Shown here: one piece after another, positions 8,739-18,166 of the stretch
Layout: each line of letters begins with the position of its first letter
How positions within the stretch are numbered: position 1 is the first letter of the stretch
Virus record (IMG/VR): IMGVR_UViG_3300032309_002614
Coordinates: 1 to 64,000 of that record
Origin: a virus
Taxonomy: Duplodnaviria > Caudoviricetes
Reading direction: 5' to 3' (one strand)
Length of the DNA stretch: 64,000 nucleotides
Made by a program: the position numbers and the translations under genes
The notes under the pieces: model-generated
Told to the model about the DNA's origin: nothing
What the model saw: the letters and a program-made list of their open reading frames with translations, nothing else
Database searches by the model: none

Positions 8739-10346
8739 ATGAACTTCTGCACTATTAGCGACGACAAGCATTTTCCTCTATTATTGAATTTAATAGGAAG
8801 CGTACATAAACATAATTATAATGAATTAAATGAAATTATGGTTTTTAATCTTGGTTTGAGAGAAGATCATATTCAAGAATTAAACAATATTGACAAGGTT
8901 AAAATTTATGAAATTGAAAAAACTAATCCAGATATATTAAAAGATATTCAAACCGATAAAAATAGATACGTTAAAGGGCTATTTTCTTGGAAGCCAGTTA
9001 TAATCAAGCAAGCATTAGATATACATAATGAAATATTATATTTAGATGCCGGTACAACATTACTGAAACCAATAAATATACTTTTTGAGCATATAAAAGA
9101 AAATGGTTATTTATTTTTTGATTGCGGTCATTCTATTAAATGGATGACTACAAATCATGTTATAAACAAATTTGAACTTAATAAAGAAGAAAATAAATGG
9201 CTATTAGATGATAATATATTTGGAATCGATGCTGGATTTCAAGGAATTTCAAGAAAAATATATAATGATTACGTTTTGCCTATGTATGAGTTATCTAAAG
9301 ATATAAATAATTTTGTAGATGATGGAACCTGCCCTCAAGGATGGGGAACTGGTAGACACGATCAAACTTTATTTAGTATTTTAGTTAGAAAACTTAAATA
9401 TAATATTTTAACTCACGGTAAAGAAATTTCATATTTAAATATAAACAATAAACAATTTCCATTTCATTTAACACATTTACTAAATGAATTAAAATCTGAA
9501 ACTCATGTTTTTAGATCAAGATGGAATATTACTAAACAATCATTAAATAATTCTTTAGTTTTTATAAAACCTAAACAAGAAAAACAAATTAAATCTTTAA
9601 ATCTTAAAGTTTTAAAAAACGATTTTGAATATTATTTAAAAATATGGGAAAATAATAATTATATAAATGAAAAGATGTACATAGATTTTGAAAATAAAGT
9701 TGATGAATATCCATTTCTTAAAAATCATTGCAATATAGTTTCTATGTTTAATTTAGGATATGGTGAAAAAGCTTTTAGATATCTATGGTTATTACTATTT
9801 GCTCAAGCTCCTGAAAAAATTAAATTCTTAGAAATTGGTGTTTTTAAGGGTTCTATATTAGCGTTATCTCAAATGTGTGCTTATTATTTGAATAAAGATA
9901 TAGAAACTTATGGATTGACTCCATTAAATTCCACTGGCGATAAGTATTCTAAATATATCGAAGACGATTATTTTCAGTCTATTTCTTTTTTATACGATAA
10001 ATTAAACATTAGAACCGATAAAACGCATATTATTCATGGATTATCAACTGATGAAATAATAAAACAAAATTGTATAAATAAAGGTCCATATGATATAGTT
10101 TATATTGATGGTGGGCATGATTATGACACAGTAATTAATGATATAGAATTAGCGAATAAAATTTTAAAACCTCAAGGATTTTTAATAATGGACGACGCTT
10201 CTTCTTATTTAAATTTTAATGATAACCATAAAGGATTTAAAGGGCATAGTGATGTCGGCATAGCAATAAAAGATAAATTAGATTTAGATAACAACTATAA
10301 ACATTTATTTGCATGTGGCCACAATAGAGTTTGGATTAAGTTATGA
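8739..10346 (+). CDS. Fusion of GT-A-like domain and class I SAM methyltransferase
   Basis: N-term FSWKP, ILYLDAG, RHDQTLFS; C-term FLEIGVFKG, IVYIDGGHDY, IMDD. Confidence 0.7.
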   Translation: MNFCTISDDKHFPLLLNLIGSVHKHNYNELNEIMVFNLGLREDHIQELNNIDKVKIYEIEKTNPDILKDIQTDKNRYVKGLFSWKPVIIKQALDIHNEILYLDAGTTLLKPINILFEHIKENGYLFFDCGHSIKWMTTNHVINKFELNKEENKWLLDDNIFGIDAGFQGISRKIYNDYVLPMYELSKDINNFVDDGTCPQGWGTGRHDQTLFSILVRKLKYNILTHGKEISYLNINNKQFPFHLTHLLNELKSETHVFRSRWNITKQSLNNSLVFIKPKQEKQIKSLNLKVLKNDFEYYLKIWENNNYINEKMYIDFENKVDEYPFLKNHCNIVSMFNLGYGEKAFRYLWLLLFAQAPEKIKFLEIGVFKGSILALSQMCAYYLNKDIETYGLTPLNSTGDKYSKYIEDDYFQSISFLYDKLNIRTDKTHIIHGLSTDEIIKQNCINKGPYDIVYIDGGHDYDTVINDIELANKILKPQGFLIMDDASSYLNFNDNHKGFKGHSDVGIAIKDKLDLDNNYKHLFACGHNRVWIKL

Positions 10347-11314
10347 ATTATATTATAGTTACTTCTATAAATCCAATAACCGAAGCTATTAAAAAATTTT
10401 CTAAAATTAATGACTGGCATGTTATCGTAATTGGAGATCAAAAAAGTCAAAATTATAATTATGAAAATTTAAGTTTTTTTGATATTCAAAATCAAAAAAA
10501 CATGGATTTCTATAGTTTTAACACAACACCAATCAATCATTATTCCAGAAAAAACTTAGGTTATTTATATGCTATTAAAAATAAAAGCAATTTAATTTAC
10601 GATACAGATGACGATACATTGCCTTATGATTTTTGGAAGACAGAAGATTTCACTTGTGATAATAACATTTATGGAGATTTATTTATTAATCCATTTATTT
10701 TCTTCACAAAAGAAAAATGCTGGCCAAGAGGAACTCCACTATCATATATAAATAAAAATACTAATTATTCACAAAAACTCGCAAATAAAAAGATTGGCGT
10801 TTGGCAAGGAATTATTGATGACGATTCAGATTTTGATGCTATTTATAGACTAACAAATAATAAACATATTAAATTTGATAAAAATATAAAAATTAATATT
10901 GAAAAATTCTGTTACAGCCCTTTTAATTCTCAAAGTACCTTATGGAATAATCAATTAAATTGTTTATTGTATATACCAACAACTGTTGATTTTAGATTCA
11001 CGGATATTCTAAGAAGCTATATAACTCAAAGAATTATGTGGGAATTTGATTTTCATCTTGGATTTCATTCTCCTAATACATTTCAAATTAGAAATGAACA
11101 TGATTATTTTAAAGACTTTATTGGAGAAATATCGATGTATACAAATCTTACAAATGTTATTGAGCTTTTAAATAAATTAAATTTAAAAAATAAAACAATG
11201 CAAGATTGTTTATTTGAAAGCTATGTTTCATTATATGATAATAAAATAGTCAAAAAACAAGAACTTGAAAATGTTACTAATTGGATAAAAGATTATAATT
11301 TAATTACAAAATGA
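10343..11314 (+). CDS. STELLO-like glycosyltransferase
   Basis: IIVTSINP, YSRKNLGYLYAI, YDTDDD, WPRGTPL, PFNSQSTLW, RFTDILRSY. Confidence 0.75.
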   Translation: MNYIIVTSINPITEAIKKFSKINDWHVIVIGDQKSQNYNYENLSFFDIQNQKNMDFYSFNTTPINHYSRKNLGYLYAIKNKSNLIYDTDDDTLPYDFWKTEDFTCDNNIYGDLFINPFIFFTKEKCWPRGTPLSYINKNTNYSQKLANKKIGVWQGIIDDDSDFDAIYRLTNNKHIKFDKNIKINIEKFCYSPFNSQSTLWNNQLNCLLYIPTTVDFRFTDILRSYITQRIMWEFDFHLGFHSPNTFQIRNEHDYFKDFIGEISMYTNLTNVIELLNKLNLKNKTMQDCLFESYVSLYDNKIVKKQELENVTNWIKDYNLITK

Positions 11315-12147
11315 ATAAAACAGCACACTATATAATTACTATTCATAATAAACAAGATTTAATTTCTGACGTATTAAAAGGAATAGAAAATGCAACTAAA
11401 AATTCATCATATAATATTAATATAATCTGTGTTTTAGATGGATGCACGGATGATTCAGAACAAATGATTGACATCGTTTTTAAAGAATTTTCTAGCAAAT
11501 ACAAATTGCATAAAATTTATGAAAACGATGTCCATGAATTACTATCATTAAACACTGCTATAAAATATTTAAGGACAATAGAAAATTCAGATGATGATTT
11601 AATTTTCTTTTTACAAGATGATGTGGTATTAAAAGATGATAATATTAATGAAAAAATTAATTTTTTATATGAAGAAGTGAAAGATTTAGGATATATCTCT
11701 TTTAGATGTGGATTATCTACTAATTTAGATAATAATGGCATTTTATTTGAACACTCATTTTTAGAATCTGAATGCGGACATTGGAAACAATTAAATCTAA
11801 ATCATTTTCATGAATTTCAAAATAAACAGTTCGCATTTTGTGAAATTGTTATTAAAAGCCCAACTTGTATTAAAAAATTTATATTAGATAAAGTTGATAT
11901 GTTTGATGAAAAATTAGCTCCTTTTGGTCACGATGATCTTGACATGTGCATTCGTTTGAATAAACTAGGTTATAAAAACGCTATATACGGTATAAATTTT
12001 ATTAGCAAACTAGATTGGGGAGGGACAAGAAGCCCAAAAGATCCCAATAAAGAGTATCATAAAAAATACAATGAAATAGTTTATAGAAATAAATGTTATT
12101 TAAGCAATAAGCATCTAAACTATTACATGGCTAAATTCAAAAATTAA
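11311..12147 (+). CDS. Glycosyltransferase family 2
   Basis: VLDGCTDDS, FLQDD, GHDDLDMCIR. Confidence 0.75.
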   Translation: MNKTAHYIITIHNKQDLISDVLKGIENATKNSSYNINIICVLDGCTDDSEQMIDIVFKEFSSKYKLHKIYENDVHELLSLNTAIKYLRTIENSDDDLIFFLQDDVVLKDDNINEKINFLYEEVKDLGYISFRCGLSTNLDNNGILFEHSFLESECGHWKQLNLNHFHEFQNKQFAFCEIVIKSPTCIKKFILDKVDMFDEKLAPFGHDDLDMCIRLNKLGYKNAIYGINFISKLDWGGTRSPKDPNKEYHKKYNEIVYRNKCYLSNKHLNYYMAKFKN

Positions 12148-12148
12148 A

Positions 12149-13471
12149 ATGAATCCTGAATTACAAAATATTCTTAATCTTGTTTCTGATTATATCAACA
12201 AAAAACATAACTTAAAAACATGGACTCCAGGTAAAGATTGGGTTCAATATGCTGGACCTTATTTTTCAGATAAAGAATATATAGCATCAATTAATTCTCT
12301 TCTTAATGAATGGCTTGTTCTTGGACAAGATGCAATAACTTTTGAAACCAAATTTCCTCAACATCTTGGAAAAAAATATGGAATATTAACTAATAGCGGT
12401 AGTAGTTCTAATTTAATAATGATGTCAGCTATGACATCAAAAAGACTTTATAATTTTCCAAAAGCAACGAAAGTTATCACTCCAATTGCAGGTTTTCCAA
12501 CTACTCTTAATCCTATATTTCAAGCTGGATTTGAACCTGTATTTGTTGATATAGATCTGGATACTTTAAATCTCAATTTAGATCAAACCGAAGAAGCTGC
12601 AAAAAAAGGTGCAAAAATAATTACCTTCGCGCATGTTCTTGGAAATCCTCCAAACATGAATAGATTAATGGAGATTGTAAACCAATACAATCTTGTATTA
12701 CTTGAAGACTGTTGTGACGCTCTTGGTTCGACTTACGACGGAAAACCGCTTGGTAGCTTTGGCGAACTCGCTAGTTGTAGTTTTTATCCTGCTCATCACA
12801 TGACAATGGGTGAAGGCGGTTTTGTAGCTTGCAAAACTCAACTGCAAGAAATAGTTACTAGAAGTTTCAGAGAATGGGGTCGCGGATGTTATTGTGTCGG
12901 AAAGAAAGCCAATCTATTAAAGAACGGTTCATGCGGCAAACGTTTTTCTAATTGGCTTCCAGAACTTCCAGACGAAGAGTTTGATCATAAATATGTTTAT
13001 GATGAAATTGGATACAATTTAAAACCAATGGAGCTACAAGCGTCAATGGGTCTTGCTCAGATGGTTAAGCTTCCTGAAATACATGCGTTAAGAAAACGTA
13101 ATCACGCTTTGCTTTGCCAAGCTTTTAGCCAGTATGAAGATTATTTTATAATTCCAAAAGCCACCGCTTTAGCAGATCCAAGTTGGTTTGCTTTTGCTGT
13201 AACCATTAAAAATGGCGCACCATTCAAGCGTAAGCATATTGTCCAATATCTTGAAAACGCCAAAATTCAAACTCGTCCTTATTTCGCTGGCAACATTATG
13301 TTGCAACCAGCATACTCAGGAATAATGAGTTCTAAAGATGTTATTGAAAAATTTCCAATAGCTCGTAAAATTACAACAGATACATTTTTCTTGGGAGTTA
13401 GCCCTGTAATAACAGAAGAGCAAATCCGTTATATAAAGAAAAATCTAGATCTATTTATTATAAGTTTATGA
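12149..13471 (+). CDS. rfbH: NDP-4-keto-6-deoxyglucose 3-dehydrase (RfbH/DdhC, E1)
   Basis: NSGSSSN, EDCCDALG, SFYPAHHMTMGEGG (His in place of the aminotransferase Lys), WGRGCYC...CGKRF Fe-S cysteines, FDHKY. Confidence 0.9.
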   Translation: MNPELQNILNLVSDYINKKHNLKTWTPGKDWVQYAGPYFSDKEYIASINSLLNEWLVLGQDAITFETKFPQHLGKKYGILTNSGSSSNLIMMSAMTSKRLYNFPKATKVITPIAGFPTTLNPIFQAGFEPVFVDIDLDTLNLNLDQTEEAAKKGAKIITFAHVLGNPPNMNRLMEIVNQYNLVLLEDCCDALGSTYDGKPLGSFGELASCSFYPAHHMTMGEGGFVACKTQLQEIVTRSFREWGRGCYCVGKKANLLKNGSCGKRFSNWLPELPDEEFDHKYVYDEIGYNLKPMELQASMGLAQMVKLPEIHALRKRNHALLCQAFSQYEDYFIIPKATALADPSWFAFAVTIKNGAPFKRKHIVQYLENAKIQTRPYFAGNIMLQPAYSGIMSSKDVIEKFPIARKITTDTFFLGVSPVITEEQIRYIKKNLDLFIISL

Positions 13472-14424
13472 AAGTAGTATATATTACTGGGTGTTTAGGA
13501 TTAATTGGCTCTTACCTTACAAGGCTATGCCTACAAAAAGGTTATTATGTTATAGGAATCGATAAAGTTACATATGCAGCAAGAACTGATTTACTCCATG
13601 AATTTTATGAAAATGAAAGATTTAAATTTGAAGAAAAAGATATTTGCGATCTTGACAGATTAGTTGATTGTGACTATTTTATAAACGTAGCCGCTGAAAC
13701 ACATGTTGATAATTCCATAAGAAAAAGCGATGACTTTGTTAATTCTAATATAAACGGTGTTTATAATATTCTTGAATTGCTTAAAACTTATAAAAGAGAA
13801 GGAATGATAGTTCCAACTCTTTTACATTTTAGCACTGATGAAGTTTATGGCGACATCTCTGAAGGAGAACATATTGAAACAGATATTTTAAAACCAAGCA
13901 ACCCATATTCAGCAACAAAAGCCGCTGCCGATCAATTAATACTTGCTTGGGCTAGAACATACAAAATTAATTATGTTATTGTTCGTCCAACAAATAATTA
14001 CGGAATAGGACAATATGTTGAAAAATTAATACCAAAGGCTTGCAAATCTTTAACTCTTGGCAGAAGAATTCCTCTTCATAATCAAGGCACACCATTTAGA
14101 AACTGGCTACATGCTAAAGATACCGCGAGTGGAGTAGTAAAAATTATCGAGAGCAATGTAAAAAATGAAATATTTAATATTGCTGGAGGATTTGAGCAAA
14201 GCAATATAGTTACAGTGGAAAAGATTATCTCTGAATATCTTGGTCATCTTCCTTCTGACTACAAAGAAAAATATTTAGACCTTTCTATTTCTAGAGAAGG
14301 CCAAGACGTAAGATACGCCTTGAACGATAATAAACTAAGATCTTTAGGATGGAGACCTGTTTGCAATTTTGATCAAGAATTAAAAGAAATAACTCAATTC
14401 TACAAAAATAATTTTATATGGTAA
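13468..14424 (+). CDS. NDP-glucose 4,6-dehydratase (RfbB/RmlB-like SDR)
   Basis: TGCLGLIG, AAETHVDNS, STDEVYG, PYSATKAA, NNYG, RNWLH. Confidence 0.85.
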   Translation: MKVVYITGCLGLIGSYLTRLCLQKGYYVIGIDKVTYAARTDLLHEFYENERFKFEEKDICDLDRLVDCDYFINVAAETHVDNSIRKSDDFVNSNINGVYNILELLKTYKREGMIVPTLLHFSTDEVYGDISEGEHIETDILKPSNPYSATKAAADQLILAWARTYKINYVIVRPTNNYGIGQYVEKLIPKACKSLTLGRRIPLHNQGTPFRNWLHAKDTASGVVKIIESNVKNEIFNIAGGFEQSNIVTVEKIISEYLGHLPSDYKEKYLDLSISREGQDVRYALNDNKLRSLGWRPVCNFDQELKEITQFYKNNFIW

Positions 14425-15053
14425 CAGAGCAAGAAATGATCGAATTTGAAAATGAAATTGGCGATTTATTTAATAATAAACAAATTAAAGCTCCCATTCA
14501 TCTTTATCATTCAAATGAAAAACAAATGCTTAAGATTTTTAAAGATATCGATTGTAAAAACGATTGGGTATTTTGTACATGGCGAAATCATTATCAGGCA
14601 TTATGTAAAGGAATTCCTAAAGAATTACTTAAAAATGAAATATTAAAAGGCAAATCTATGGTTATGAATTTGCCAGAATATAAATTTGTATGCAGTTCTA
14701 TCGTAGGAGGTGTAGCTTCAATTGCTCTTGGGGCGGCTCTAGCAATAAAAAAGAAAAACCTCAAATCCAAAGTTTGGTGTTTTATTGGCGACATGTCTGC
14801 GGAAACAGGATCTTTTCACGAAGCCTATAAATACAGCTTAAACTTCGATCTTCCTATTAATTGGATAGTGGAGGATAATAGAAAATCAGTCTTAACTCCA
14901 ACTGATAAAATTTGGAATAGAGACCTTCCATATTATATTGACGCCACACAATATAAAGATAATGAAATATATTATAAAGATAAAATTATTTATTATCAAT
15001 ATTCAAACAATAAGTACCCTCATGCTGGCGCTGGATCAAGAGTGCAATTTTAA
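14418..15053 (+). CDS. TPP-dependent dehydrogenase E1-alpha-like subunit (short)
   Basis: IGDMSAETG...EDN TPP-binding motif, WRNHY, YPHAG. Confidence 0.8.
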   Translation: MVTEQEMIEFENEIGDLFNNKQIKAPIHLYHSNEKQMLKIFKDIDCKNDWVFCTWRNHYQALCKGIPKELLKNEILKGKSMVMNLPEYKFVCSSIVGGVASIALGAALAIKKKNLKSKVWCFIGDMSAETGSFHEAYKYSLNFDLPINWIVEDNRKSVLTPTDKIWNRDLPYYIDATQYKDNEIYYKDKIIYYQYSNNKYPHAGAGSRVQF

Positions 15054-15054
15054 T

Positions 15055-15591
15055 ATGAAATATATAGACGAAATAAAAAAAGCAATGGTTTTGCTTTCTC
15101 AAAATGAAAAAACAATTTTCATTGGTCAATCTATTAAATATGGCGGCACTGGATTATACGACACTTTAATTGAAGTCGATGATTCTAAAAAAATTGAATG
15201 GCCTGTTGCAGAATACTCACAACTTGGCGCATCTATCGGAATGGCATTAGAAGGCTTTATTGTAGTTTCTCTTTTTCCAAGATGGAATTTTTTATTAATG
15301 GCCACCGATCAAATAGTAAATCATCTTGATAAATTGCCCATTATATCTGAAGGCCGTTGTACTCCTAAAGTTATTATTCGCGTTTCTGTTGGAAGCGAAA
15401 ACCCAGTAGATCCACAATGTCAACATAAAGGAAATTTTTCTCAAGCTTTTCGATTAATGTGCAAGACAATTGATATAATTGAACTTATGGAACCAGAAGA
15501 TGTGGTCCCTGCTTATGAAAAAGCTTTGAACAGAACTGACGGTAAAAGCACAATTCTTGTAGAGTTTGCTGATTTTTTAAAGACTAAATGA
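15055..15591 (+). CDS. TPP-dependent E1-beta-like subunit (pyrimidine-binding domain only)
   Basis: ATG 15055 preferred over the track start 14938; FIGQSI, PVAE, GMALEG, PQCQH. Confidence 0.8.
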   Translation: MKYIDEIKKAMVLLSQNEKTIFIGQSIKYGGTGLYDTLIEVDDSKKIEWPVAEYSQLGASIGMALEGFIVVSLFPRWNFLLMATDQIVNHLDKLPIISEGRCTPKVIIRVSVGSENPVDPQCQHKGNFSQAFRLMCKTIDIIELMEPEDVVPAYEKALNRTDGKSTILVEFADFLKTK

Positions 15592-16409
15592 ACGTTTTAG
15601 TTACTGGATCAAATGGATATATTGGAAGATCAATTATCAATTCCAGTATTAAAGATGTTGTTTTTTTTCATGGAAGCAGACAAACAATAAACTTGTTCGA
15701 CAAAGAGTTGATTAAAACTTTTATCAAACAAAATAAAATAGATTGCGTCATTCATTGCGCTATACAAGGAACAAGCAGATTAAAAATAGAAGACGCTAAT
15801 AGTTTTTATAATAATATTTTAATTTTTGAAAACCTTTATTATTGTAGAAATTTATTACATAAAGTAATTAATTTAGCTTCTGGAGCCGAGTTCGATAGAG
15901 AAACAAACATTGATTTTATAAATGAAGAAAATATCTTTGAACGCATCCCAAAAGATTACTACGGTTTATCTAAAAACATAATAGCCAAAAAAACATTAAC
16001 CACAAATAATTTTTTTAATCTTAGGTTGTTTGGGTGTTTTGATGAAAACGAACTCGACAACAGATTCATAAAAACTTGCATTTTGAAAAGCAAACAGAAC
16101 GAAACAATAACAATTCATGAAGATAAAATTATGGATTTTTTTTATATTCAAGATCTGATTTCGATTGTTAAATATTTCTTGTTAGTTAATCCTGTATATC
16201 AAGATATAAACCTTAGTTACAAAAATAAATATAAACTATCTGAAATTGCTAAAAAAATAATAAACGAAACAAATTCTAAAAGCAATATAATAATGCAAGA
16301 TCAAAACGGACTAAATTATAATGGAAATTTTGATAAATTACTATCCTTACCAATAAAACTTGAAGGTTTTGAAAATGGTCTTAAAAAAACAATAATTAAT
16401 ATAAAATGA
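15588..16409 (+). CDS. NAD-dependent epimerase/dehydratase/reductase (SDR)
   Basis: VTGSNGYIG, YYGLSK, NLRLFGCF. Confidence 0.8.
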   Translation: MNVLVTGSNGYIGRSIINSSIKDVVFFHGSRQTINLFDKELIKTFIKQNKIDCVIHCAIQGTSRLKIEDANSFYNNILIFENLYYCRNLLHKVINLASGAEFDRETNIDFINEENIFERIPKDYYGLSKNIIAKKTLTTNNFFNLRLFGCFDENELDNRFIKTCILKSKQNETITIHEDKIMDFFYIQDLISIVKYFLLVNPVYQDINLSYKNKYKLSEIAKKIINETNSKSNIIMQDQNGLNYNGNFDKLLSLPIKLEGFENGLKKTIINIK

Positions 16410-16474
16410 AAATATTTATAGCAGGGCATAAAGAAATGGTTTGATCAGCTATTTTTAAAAAATTAACAAATGAA
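16406..16474 (+). pseudogene. Degenerate 5' fragment of a GDP-fucose synthase gene
   Basis: Translates MKIFIAGHKEMV*SAIFKKLTNE versus SKIFIAGHKGMVGSAILKKLTNK in the intact gene at 17204. Confidence 0.75.
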
Positions 16475-17156
16475 ATCACTATCACAATACTCTCAAAATA
16501 TCTATAGTCAAAATGGAGAAGACGGCATTATTCGAGAGATTCTCAGAAGACTTGAAATAAAGAAAGGTCAATTTGTTGAGTTCGGAGCTTGGGACGGTAA
16601 ACATCTTAGCAATACTTTTTTATTATGCACTACTGGATGGAATGGCGTTTACATAGAATATGACGAAGTGAAATTTGAAGATCTCAAAAAAACTCAAGCA
16701 GAATATCAATCACAACTTCAAATTATACGGTCAATGGTTACTCCAAATGGAGAAACTAGTTTAGACTCTCTTCTTGCTAAAACATCTCTCAAAAAAGATT
16801 TTGATCTTTTAAGTATTGATATTGACGGTGAAGATTATTTAGCTTGGGAATCTTTCAATAATTACACCCCCGCAATTGTTATAATTGAAGTTAACAGTTC
16901 CATTCCTTTACATATTAAATATATCGGTGTGTCTTGGCAATCAACAAATTTAAAAATAAAAGGCAGCAGTTTTTCTGCTCTTGTTGATTTAGGATATCGT
17001 AAAGGTTATGTTCCTGTTTGTCACACAGGCAATCTTATATTTGTGCGTAAAGACTTAATAAATAAACTTAATTTGCCGCTTGACGAACTTATAAATCCGT
17101 TTGAATTATTCTATTCTGGTTGGGTGCAAAACTGGGATGAAACAAATAATAAATAA
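16470..17156 (+). CDS. Putative SAM methyltransferase (FkbM-like)
   Basis: YSQNGEDGII, VEFGAWDG, LSIDIDG, IIEVN. Confidence 0.7.
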   Translation: MKSLSQYSQNIYSQNGEDGIIREILRRLEIKKGQFVEFGAWDGKHLSNTFLLCTTGWNGVYIEYDEVKFEDLKKTQAEYQSQLQIIRSMVTPNGETSLDSLLAKTSLKKDFDLLSIDIDGEDYLAWESFNNYTPAIVIIEVNSSIPLHIKYIGVSWQSTNLKIKGSSFSALVDLGYRKGYVPVCHTGNLIFVRKDLINKLNLPLDELINPFELFYSGWVQNWDETNNK

Positions 17157-17203
17157 AAGCTATTTTTTAAAACGCAAGCGGCAACAATAACACAATAAAC
17201 ATA

Positions 17204-18166
17204 ATGAACAAAACGTCAAAAATTTTTATTGCTGGACATAAAGGAATGGTTGGATCTGCTATTTTAAAAAAACTAACAAATAAAATAGATGTTGAAATTC
17301 ACACGGTCGAAAAAAATACTTTAGATTTATTAGATCAAACGAGAGTTTTTGAATATTTTTGCTATTATAATTTTGATTTAGTTATTGATTGCGCTGCCAA
17401 AGTTGGTGGAATTCATTCTAATAATACTTATCGCGCCGATTTCATTTATGAAAACTTACAAATACAAAATAATCTAATCCATGCTTCGCATCTTTCCAAT
17501 GTTAAAAAATTTTTATTTCTTGGCAGTTCTTGTATTTATCCAAAATTTGCAGAACAACCTATTAAAGAAGAGTATCTGTTGGCTTCTCCTTTAGAATACA
17601 CTAACGAGTCTTATGCAATAGCTAAAATCGCTGGCATAAAAATGTGTGAAAATTATTATAAACAATATGGATGTAATTTTATTTCTGTGATGCCTACTAA
17701 CTTATATGGGCCAAACGATAATTTTCATCCAATGAATTCTCATGTTCTTCCTGCATTACTTCATCGTTTTCATTTAGCCAAAATCAACAACGAACCATTT
17801 GTTGAAATCTGGGGAACTGGTAATGCTAAAAGAGAATTTATGCATGTTAATGATATGGCTGATGCGTGTTTGCATATAATAAATAATTTAGAAGCAAAAG
17901 ATTTATATTCTCAAAACATTTCTCAAATAAATATTGGCAGCGGTTTTGAAACAACGATTCATGAACTAGCAGAAAAAATATCACTTACAGTCGGTTACGA
18001 AGGATTAATAAAATTTGATTTATCTAAACCCGATGGAACCATGAGAAAACTATTAGATTGCACCAGATTAAAGAAGCTCGGATATGTTGCAAAAATAAAA
18101 TTAGAAGATGGATTAAAAGATACTTATAATTGGTATTTAAATAATCAAGACAAACTTAAACTATGA
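17204..18166 (+). CDS. fcl: GDP-L-fucose synthase
   Basis: AGHKGMVGSA, AAKVGGI, GSSCIYP, YAIAK, MPTNLYGPNDNF. Confidence 0.95.
   Translation: MNKTSKIFIAGHKGMVGSAILKKLTNKIDVEIHTVEKNTLDLLDQTRVFEYFCYYNFDLVIDCAAKVGGIHSNNTYRADFIYENLQIQNNLIHASHLSNVKKFLFLGSSCIYPKFAEQPIKEEYLLASPLEYTNESYAIAKIAGIKMCENYYKQYGCNFISVMPTNLYGPNDNFHPMNSHVLPALLHRFHLAKINNEPFVEIWGTGNAKREFMHVNDMADACLHIINNLEAKDLYSQNISQINIGSGFETTIHELAEKISLTVGYEGLIKFDLSKPDGTMRKLLDCTRLKKLGYVAKIKLEDGLKDTYNWYLNNQDKLKL

Noticed and set aside
14938-15054. Upstream extension of the E1-beta ORF
   Set aside because: Overlaps the E1-alpha gene by more than 100 nt; ATG 15055 follows its stop directly.
14418-15591. Auxiliary metabolic pyruvate dehydrogenase
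   Set aside because: Both subunits are truncated, no E2/E3 is present, and they sit inside a nucleotide-sugar operon.
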